NCBI GenBank assembly: GCA_944327425.1
Contig: CALVHJ010000001.1
Span: 1-32,637 of the forward strand
Length of the DNA: 32,637 nucleotides
From: an uncultured Bacilli bacterium
Lineage (GTDB): Bacteria; Bacillota_I; Bacilli_A; RF39; UBA660
Direction: 5' to 3'
The notes under the pieces are model-generated. The model did no database searches, had not been told where the DNA came from, and was given only the letters and a program-made list of their open reading frames with translations. Within the stretch, counting starts at the first letter, position 1. Every line of letters starts with the position of its first letter. The position numbers and the translations under genes are program-made. Positions 27,058 through 32,637 of this stretch are shown piece by piece.

Positions 27058-27869
27058 TTATTTAAAACTAATGAATATTTTAAACAAATTTTTATGATAA
27101 CTAGCCTTAATAGTCCCTCCATTTAATTCCACTAATTGTTTAGCTATTGCTAACCCTAATCCCGCTCTTTTTTTACCATTTTCAACCGTATAATATCGAT
27201 CAAATATTTTTTCTAATAACACTCTATCCATGTATTTAGTATGATTAGAAAAAGTAATTAAACCTAAATTATTCATCGATCTAATTAAATAATCTCCATA
27301 TTTTAAAGCATTAGAAATAATATTTTCAAAAATTCTAATTAAAGAAAACTGATCAAGCCTACGAACTATTTTTTCTTCGCATATCGTAATTTTAGGAGTT
27401 ATATTCTTCTTTTTAATACTTTCATAAAAACTACTAATAACTTCTTCTAAAATATCATTTATACATACTTTAGCAAGTCTTTTTCTTTGATCATCTTCAA
27501 TTGCTTGAGAAAAAGAAAATAACTCTTCTATTAAAATAGTTAACTCTTCTTCTTTTTTTTGGATAATATTTAGATAATTTAGACTCTTTCTATCTGTAAT
27601 TCTTTCTTCTATTAATTCTGAAAATCCCCGTATTCCTGCTAAAGGTGTTCTTAAATCATGAGATATATTAGCAATAGTACATCTTAATTCTTGATTGCCT
27701 TTTGATACATTCTTTTTTCTTTTTTTAAATCCTCTAAACTTTTATTTAAAGATATAATTAATAATATAAGTCTTCGTGAAGCAAAAGATGATGTTATAAT
27801 TTGATTAGTATCTTCTTTTAAAATATAATTTAAAGGTATCAGGATAAGTCGAATTATCTGGCAAATCAA
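27058..27869 (-). pseudogene. Orphan sensor histidine kinase, N-terminally truncated and frameshifted before the H-box
   Basis: The frame from 27741 down to 27058 encodes ELRCTIANISHDLRTPLAGIRG (H-box), IFENIISNALKYG (N-box) and GLGLAIAKQLVELNGG (G2). The upstream part ...LEDLKKEKRMYQKAIKN* is in another frame, with the shift near 27690..27700. No response regulator is adjacent. Confidence 0.65.
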
Positions 27870-28161
27870 GAAAAAATAATACTTTTGTCATTTCGTATTC
27901 CCCTGATAATTTTTCCATTTCCAACATTTCACAAAAGCATAAAATAGCAAATGTATTAATTTTATAAACACAAATAGGGGTGAGTTCGATCTTGGTCGCA
28001 CCAGTTTTTTCATACATTTCTCTTTTTGCTGCTTCTTACCAAGATTCTCCTTTCTCTATATGTCTTCCCGGAATTTCTCATCCCTTTCTTCTTTTATTAT
28101 AGCAGAACACAAATTTTTCTTGATAACGTCTTACACATACTACTCTTGTATATAAAGCCAC
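27805..28161 (-). pseudogene. YtkD-like NUDIX hydrolase with two in-frame stops
   Basis: Reads KFVFCYNKRRKG[TGA]EIPGRHIEKGESW[TAA]EAAKREMYEKTGA..., which is a NUDIX box GX5EX7REUXEEXGU. PGG is changed to PGR. The C-terminus overlaps the kinase remnant. Confidence 0.6.
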
Positions 28162-28172
28162 ATCACAATAAA

Positions 28173-28259
28173 TTATAATATTTTAGATTCACTTATTTCT
28201 GTCGACAATACTTCTTCAAATTTAGCACATAATTCTTCTAAATAATCTTTTCTAGCCAG
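28173..28259 (-). pseudogene. ADP-ribosylglycohydrolase remnant, distal (3') piece left of the IS21 insertion
   Basis: Encodes (LA)RKDYLEELCAKFEEVLSTEISESKIL*. It joins in frame with 30432..30525 once IS21 and one GCCAG copy are removed. Confidence 0.6.
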
Positions 28260-28286
28260 TGTTAGTGCTAATATAAAAATGTAGGA
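28260..28286 (+). repeat. IS21 left inverted repeat
   Basis: TGTTAGTGCTAATATAAAAATGTAGGA. A second ATAAAAATGTAGG copy lies about 25 nt inward. Confidence 0.8.
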
Positions 28287-28384
28287 AAATGATTAAATAA
28301 AAATGTAGGTTTTCCAACATAGATATATTAGCACTTTTTAAATAATAAAAAATATGATACAACTCTAATAAGGAGTTGAAATAA

Positions 28385-29587
28385 ATGAATGAATTAAGAA
28401 AGGAATTGGTAATATTGAGAGAATTAGAAATAAAACCGAATTATGCTGAATTAGCAAGAAAATATAATTGTGATTATAGAACTGTAAAGAAATATAATGA
28501 TGGTTATGAAGGTAAACCATCAACTAGAGAAAGAAAATCACACCTTGATAAATATAAAGAAGAAATAGTTGAAAAAATTAATAAGAGTGGTGCAACAAAA
28601 AAATCTGTGTATGAATTTATGAAAGATAAATATTCAAATGTAGGAAGTTATTCAAATTTTGGATATTATATTAGAAAGCATAAATTAATGAGTAAAAATA
28701 TAAACAATAAACCACATCCCAGATATGAAACAGAATATGGACAGCAAATGCAGTTTGATTGGAAAGAAGATATAAAACTAACGAATAGATATGGAGAAAT
28801 ATTTGAATTCAATATTTTTTCTGCAACACTATCAGCAAGTAGATTACATAACTTCGTATACAGCAAAACTAGAACTCGAGAGGATGTAGAACGATGTTTA
28901 GTGATCTGTTTTGAAAGAATGCAAGGAATGCCAAAAGAACTGCTTACAGATAATATGAGTAGTATAGTAAATACTAAGAGTAAGAAATTTGTAAGTGAGT
29001 TTATTACCTTCTGCAAGGATATGGAAATAAAGCCTAAAAAGTGTAAAATAAGTTCACCAGAAACTAAAGGGAAAGTTGAATCATCAAATAGATTTATAAA
29101 TTGGTTAATTCCTTATGATGGAGAATTTGATACAGAAGAAGAATTAATTCAAATAATAGAAAAAATAAATAAAAAGGTAAATCAAGAAGTTAATAGTACC
29201 ACTGGTGCTACTCCATTATTTCTTTTTGAAAAAGAAAAAGAATATTTACTTCCTTTGCCTAATAAAGAATTATTAGAAAGATATAAAAATGATACCAAAT
29301 TATGCAAAGTATCAAATGGCTTTCTAATAAGTTATAAGGGAAGTCAATATTCTGTTCCACCAAAGTTTATTAATAAAACTGTAAAAGTACGAGAATTAAA
29401 TAATAAACTTTATATATATTATAACGAAGAATTAATTGCGAGTCACGACCTAAGTGTGAAAAAAATAAATTATATAGAAGAACATTATAAAGAAGGCTTA
29501 TTATGTACAATAAATAATAAAAATGAAACAGAAATAGAAACAATTGCAAAAAACAATTTAGAATTATTAAATAAATTAACTAATTAG
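28385..29587 (+). CDS. istA: IS21-family transposase IstA
   Basis: N-terminal HTH, then a DDE core (QFDWKE, LTDNMSSIV, PETKGKVESSNRFI). AAGGAG RBS. Confidence 0.85.
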   Translation: MNELRKELVILRELEIKPNYAELARKYNCDYRTVKKYNDGYEGKPSTRERKSHLDKYKEEIVEKINKSGATKKSVYEFMKDKYSNVGSYSNFGYYIRKHKLMSKNINNKPHPRYETEYGQQMQFDWKEDIKLTNRYGEIFEFNIFSATLSASRLHNFVYSKTRTREDVERCLVICFERMQGMPKELLTDNMSSIVNTKSKKFVSEFITFCKDMEIKPKKCKISSPETKGKVESSNRFINWLIPYDGEFDTEEELIQIIEKINKKVNQEVNSTTGATPLFLFEKEKEYLLPLPNKELLERYKNDTKLCKVSNGFLISYKGSQYSVPPKFINKTVKVRELNNKLYIYYNEELIASHDLSVKKINYIEEHYKEGLLCTINNKNETEIETIAKNNLELLNKLTN

Positions 29588-29602
29588 AAAGAGGTAAAGA
29601 AT

Positions 29603-30364
29603 ATGAATAACTATGTAAAACTGTTAAATAATTTAGAAAAATTAAAACTTATTAAAACTAAGGAAAATTTAGATAATTATATAGATTTAATAAATGATAA
29701 TAAAAAGACTTTGGTTGATGCATTATATGAATTAACTAATCAAGAATTGGAATTTAAAAATACTAAAGCAATTACTGCTTTAGTAAGAATGGCCGGATTT
29801 CCATATTATAAAACATTTGAAGATTTTGATTTTTCTTTTCAACCAACAATAAATAAAGAAGAAATTTTGGATTTTAAAAATTTACGTTTTATAGAAAACA
29901 AAGAAAATATATTATTTGTAGGATCTCCAGGTGTAGGTAAAACACATTTAGCCACATCAATAGGAATACAAGCAGCAAGCAATAGACATAGCACTTATTT
30001 TATTAGTTGTCATGATTTAATAACTAATTTAAAAAAAGCTAATTATGAAAATAGATTAGCAGATAAAATAAAAAATTATGAAAAGTATAGCGTGTTTATT
30101 ATTGATGAAGTAGGATATTTACCTATAGATATAGAAGGTGCTAATTTACTATTTCAATTAATAAATAAAAGATACGAAAAGCACACAACCATAATAACTA
30201 CAAATAAACCATTTGGTCAATGGGGAGAATTATTTGGAGATAATATGATAGCAAATGCAATTTTAGATCGATTAGTTCATCATTCTCACATTATAAACAT
30301 TACTGGTAAATCCTATAGAACAAAAAATTTAATTGTTGATTCTGAGAATGATAATTGTAACTAA
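29603..30364 (+). CDS. istB: IS21-family helper ATPase IstB
   Basis: Walker A GSPGVGKTHLA, Walker B FIIDEVGY, and the DRLVHHSHII tail typical of IstB. Confidence 0.85.
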   Translation: MNNYVKLLNNLEKLKLIKTKENLDNYIDLINDNKKTLVDALYELTNQELEFKNTKAITALVRMAGFPYYKTFEDFDFSFQPTINKEEILDFKNLRFIENKENILFVGSPGVGKTHLATSIGIQAASNRHSTYFISCHDLITNLKKANYENRLADKIKNYEKYSVFIIDEVGYLPIDIEGANLLFQLINKRYEKHTTIITTNKPFGQWGELFGDNMIANAILDRLVHHSHIINITGKSYRTKNLIVDSENDNCN

Positions 30365-30404
30365 ATAAAAATGTTGGTTTTCCTACATTCTTATATTGTC
30401 ATAA

Positions 30405-30431
30405 TCCTACATTTTTATATTGACATTAACA
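30405..30431 (+). repeat. IS21 right inverted repeat
   Basis: TCCTACATTTTTATATTGACATTAACA. A second copy, CCTACATTCTTATATTGTCAT, lies at about 30382..30402. Confidence 0.8.
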
Positions 30432-30525
30432 GCCAGTTTATTTATCCATTTTTCTGGAATAGCATCATACCCAAATATAATTCCTGCCATTCCCCCAGTA
30501 ATGGCACCTACACTGTATCTCCACC
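30432..30525 (-). pseudogene. ADP-ribosylglycohydrolase remnant, proximal piece right of IS21
   Basis: GGDT is followed after a frameshift by SVGAITGGMAGIIFGYDAIPEKWINKLA, the conserved C-terminal metal-binding and IPxxW block of the family. Everything N-terminal is missing, and the tRNA terminator abuts it. Confidence 0.55.
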
Positions 30526-30540
30526 TAAATTTATAGCTCT

Positions 30541-30563
30541 CAAAAAAAAGCCCGCAAAGGCTT
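30541..30563 (-). terminator. Rho-independent terminator of tRNA-Arg
   Basis: On the minus strand: AAGCC-tttgcg-GGCTT followed by T8. Confidence 0.6.
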
Positions 30564-30573
30564 AAATCTCAAA

Positions 30574-30650
30574 TGGTGACTCCGGCGTGATTCGAACACG
30601 CGACCGATCGCTTAGAAGGCGATTGCTCTATCCAGCTGAGCTACGGAGTC
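30574..30650 (-). tRNA. tRNA-Arg (anticodon UCU), CCA encoded
   Basis: The reverse complement is GACTCCGTAGCTCAGCTGGATAGAGCAATCGCCTTCTAAGCGATCGGTCGCGTGTTCGAATCACGCCGGAGTCACCA. It folds as a cloverleaf with a 7-bp acceptor stem, anticodon loop CUUCUAA and T-loop GTTCGAATC. Confidence 0.9.
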
Positions 30651-30670
30651 ATAACTACTAGCTGTTATTG

Positions 30671-30699
30671 ATTATAACTTATTTTTTACTATTTTGCAA
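30671..30699 (-). promoter_or_regulatory. Sigma-A-type promoter of tRNA-Arg
   Basis: On the minus strand: TTGCAA-N17-TATAAT. The -10 element ends 20 nt upstream of the tRNA 5' end. Confidence 0.55.
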
Positions 30700-30997
30700 G
30701 AGGAAATTATCTACCATTAATTTTAAATTTAAGTTCCCATTTAAAATACGATGGGAATTTAGTCATAAAAACTATATTTCTCAATAATTAGATGTATGGT
30801 TATTGTTTTGTTAAAGACTATAAATAAGAAAATGGCTACTTTGTCAAGGGCTCGAAGAGTTCATTTTACCCTTTACTAAGTAGCTATTTTCTTATACACT
30901 TATCTTACAAAACAATTATTTGATTTTTCTTTCTTTTTGTCTTATTATATTCTCCGTTGGTTTATTTGTCATTTATTAGAAAGCGAGGTCATTTAAA

Positions 30998-32203
30998 ATG
31001 ACAAATTATCAGCATCTTAATAAAGAACAACGTTCTACTATTGAATATTTAATTAATTTAAATAAATCTTTTACTTTTATTGGGAAGTCTATCCAAGTAG
31101 ATAGAACTACTATTTCTAAAGAAATTAAAAGAAATCGATACATTAAAAGTAATTTTTATGATCCTTTTGATCAAAAAGGTATTACTAGTGCAATAGAACA
31201 CTGCAATAAACTACTTAAACCTCCTTATGTTTGTAATCATTGTTCTAATAAGCAATATTGTAATAAACATAAATTATACTACAATGCAAATATTGCTCAA
31301 GAACATTATGATTTTCTTTTATCTGATTCTAGAAAAGGAATTGATGCTTCTCCAGAGGTTATTGAAGAAATTGAAAATTCAATTGTTCCTTTAATTAAAG
31401 ACAAAAAACAAAGTGTAAATCAGGTTTATGCTCATCATAATGACATTTTATATTTTTGCAAAACTACTTTTTATAAATATATCGATCTTGGTGTTTTATC
31501 TTTATGTAATTTAGATCTTCCTAAAAAAGTGAAATATAAACAAAGGAAAATGAATAAAGATACTGACTATAAAAGAAAACTGGCTTTACTTAAAGGTAGG
31601 ACTTATGAAAACTTTTTAAATTTTACAAATAAACATCCAAATATGAATGTTAATGAAATGGATACTGTTGAAGGATCTCAAGGTGGAAAAGTTTTTTTTA
31701 CTATTTTAATTCGAGACACTAAATTTATGTTTATTCGTTTATTAGACAAAAAGAATGTCGATTGTGTTAATAAAGAAATAGATGATTTGAAGAAGAAGTT
31801 AGGAATTAATTTATTCTCTAGAGTATTTCGTATTGTTTTAACAGATAATGGTTCTGAATTTTTAGATCCTTTACATATTGAAATAGATTATGATACTGGC
31901 AAGAAAACTTGTAATGTATTTTATTGTCAACCTTATAGTTCTTATCAAAAACCAAATATAGAACGAAATCATGAATATATTAGAAGAGTATTTCCAAAAG
32001 GAGTATCTTTTAATGATTTAACCAAAGAACAAGTACAAAGATTAGAAACAACTATCAACAACATTCCACGAAATAAGTTTGATGGTAAAACTCCTTATGA
32101 ACTTACCTTAAAAAAATATCCTGAATTAATTAAGAAATTAAATTATCAACATATCAATCCAGATGATGTCAGTTTAACAATAGAAAGTATTTTAGGTAAG
32201 TAA
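30998..32203 (+). CDS. IS30-family DDE transposase
   Basis: N-terminal HTH (LNKEQRSTIEYL...DRTTISKEIKRN). Catalytic blocks MDTVEG, LTDNGSEF and QKPNIERNHEYIRRVFPKG. Confidence 0.85.
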   Translation: MTNYQHLNKEQRSTIEYLINLNKSFTFIGKSIQVDRTTISKEIKRNRYIKSNFYDPFDQKGITSAIEHCNKLLKPPYVCNHCSNKQYCNKHKLYYNANIAQEHYDFLLSDSRKGIDASPEVIEEIENSIVPLIKDKKQSVNQVYAHHNDILYFCKTTFYKYIDLGVLSLCNLDLPKKVKYKQRKMNKDTDYKRKLALLKGRTYENFLNFTNKHPNMNVNEMDTVEGSQGGKVFFTILIRDTKFMFIRLLDKKNVDCVNKEIDDLKKKLGINLFSRVFRIVLTDNGSEFLDPLHIEIDYDTGKKTCNVFYCQPYSSYQKPNIERNHEYIRRVFPKGVSFNDLTKEQVQRLETTINNIPRNKFDGKTPYELTLKKYPELIKKLNYQHINPDDVSLTIESILGK

Positions 32204-32204
32204 T

Positions 32205-32372
32205 ATGAATGCACAATATTTTTTAGTTATACATGATTTAACCATTCAATTATCCTATTATATTAGACATCCATATTTAGATACAGATAAAGCTGAAGAA
32301 ATGATTTCTACTACTTTAGATTTACTAAATACTTTAGAACTTTATCTTGATGATCAATCTAATAATCAATGA
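32205..32372 (+). CDS. 55-aa acidic ORF inside IS30, start 1 nt after the transposase stop (not in the ORF track)
   Basis: MNAQYFLVIHDLTIQLSYYIRHPYLDTDKAEEMISTTLDLLNTLELYLDDQSNNQ*. It lies inside the IS30 inverted repeats. No family was recognised. Confidence 0.3.
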   Translation: MNAQYFLVIHDLTIQLSYYIRHPYLDTDKAEEMISTTLDLLNTLELYLDDQSNNQ

Positions 32373-32637
32373 AAAAACAGAAGAACACCATCTTCCGTTT
32401 CTTCATTGGCAAATAAACCAACATTATAACCATCTAAATACATGTACGGGAACTTAGTCGTGAAAAGGCTAAAAATCGTACACTTTTTCACGTGCCATAA
32501 ATTCCTTACGAGAAATATATTATTACAAAATCAAAAAAATATCAAGTTTTTTTGTCCAAAAAATCCCGAAAAAACGGGAAATAACTCATAACATTTTATT
32601 TCTCATCATTTTCGGGAACTTACTTTTAAATTTAATC

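Larger units (their letters stand above)
28260..30431 (+). mobile_element. IS21-family insertion sequence (istA-istB), apparently intact
   Basis: 2172 bp. The terminal inverted repeats match at 24 of 27 positions and start with TGT. Subterminal repeat copies occur at both ends. A 5-bp direct repeat GCCAG lies at 28255..28259 and 30432..30436. Confidence 0.85.
30956..32422 (+). mobile_element. IS30-family insertion sequence carrying a small passenger ORF
   Basis: Inverted repeats GTTGGTTTATTTGTCA (30956..30971) and TGGCAAATAAACCAAC (32407..32422) match at 15 of 16 positions. They enclose the transposase and a 55-aa ORF. The target duplication could not be resolved. Confidence 0.7.

Noticed and set aside
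27975-28003. tRNA 3'-end-like string GGGGTGAGTTCGATCTTGGTCGCACCA, a possible att-site relic
   Set aside because: The T-stem does not pair (GTGAG versus TTGGT). The string is simply the antisense of the NUDIX box coding sequence (EKTGATKIELTP). It is unrelated to the tRNA-Arg 3' end.
28056-28082. Alternative genetic code (TGA=Trp) for the whole organism
   Set aside because: All long housekeeping ORFs (lepA, comEC, helicase, mnmA) are intact under the standard code and use TGG for Trp. The same pseudogene also contains an in-frame TAA.
28295-28320. About 26-nt similarity between the IS21 subterminal sequences (28295..28320 and 30364..30389) as an independent repeat family
   Set aside because: Both copies lie inside the IS21 boundaries. 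They fit the multiple transposase-binding repeats typical of IS21 ends.
30371-30565. 64-aa plus-strand ORF spanning the IS21 right end and the flanking DNA
   Set aside because: It starts inside the IS21 terminal repeats and runs antisense through the ADP-ribosylglycohydrolase remnant into the tRNA terminator. It is an artefact of juxtaposition.

Overview
AT-rich, low-GC Firmicutes-type chromosome segment read with the standard code: long ORFs are intact and Trp is TGG. It carries sporulation-type genes, so the source is probably a Clostridia or Erysipelotrichia-like spore former. Nt 1-23600 is a mostly minus-strand housekeeping backbone. In order it holds gpsA, rarA, a Xer recombinase, a 1030-aa helicase IV-like protein, zupT, a DUF2726-like protein, mnmA, comEC, comEA, hemW, lepA, and SpoIIIAH-like, GerE and GerM-like genes. 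Two paralogous lectin-like surface proteins sit at 2..973 and 19215..20504. Nt 23600-32637 is an accessory, decaying zone around a tRNA-Arg(UCU). Five of its seven minus-strand loci are disrupted: an ABC exporter, MarR, a histidine kinase, a YtkD-like NUDIX hydrolase and an ADP-ribosylglycohydrolase. It also holds a second, divergent rarA copy, an intact IS21 element (istAB, 24/27 inverted repeats, GCCAG target duplication) and an IS30 element with a small passenger ORF. The most unusual signal is an 87-nt adenine-depleted, GC-rich codon patch (818..904) at the C-terminus of the truncated lectin-like gene. It looks like a diversity-generating retroelement (DGR) variable region, but no reverse transcriptase or template repeat lies in this window. 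All product calls rest on motifs read by eye and remembered family signatures, since no searches were run.
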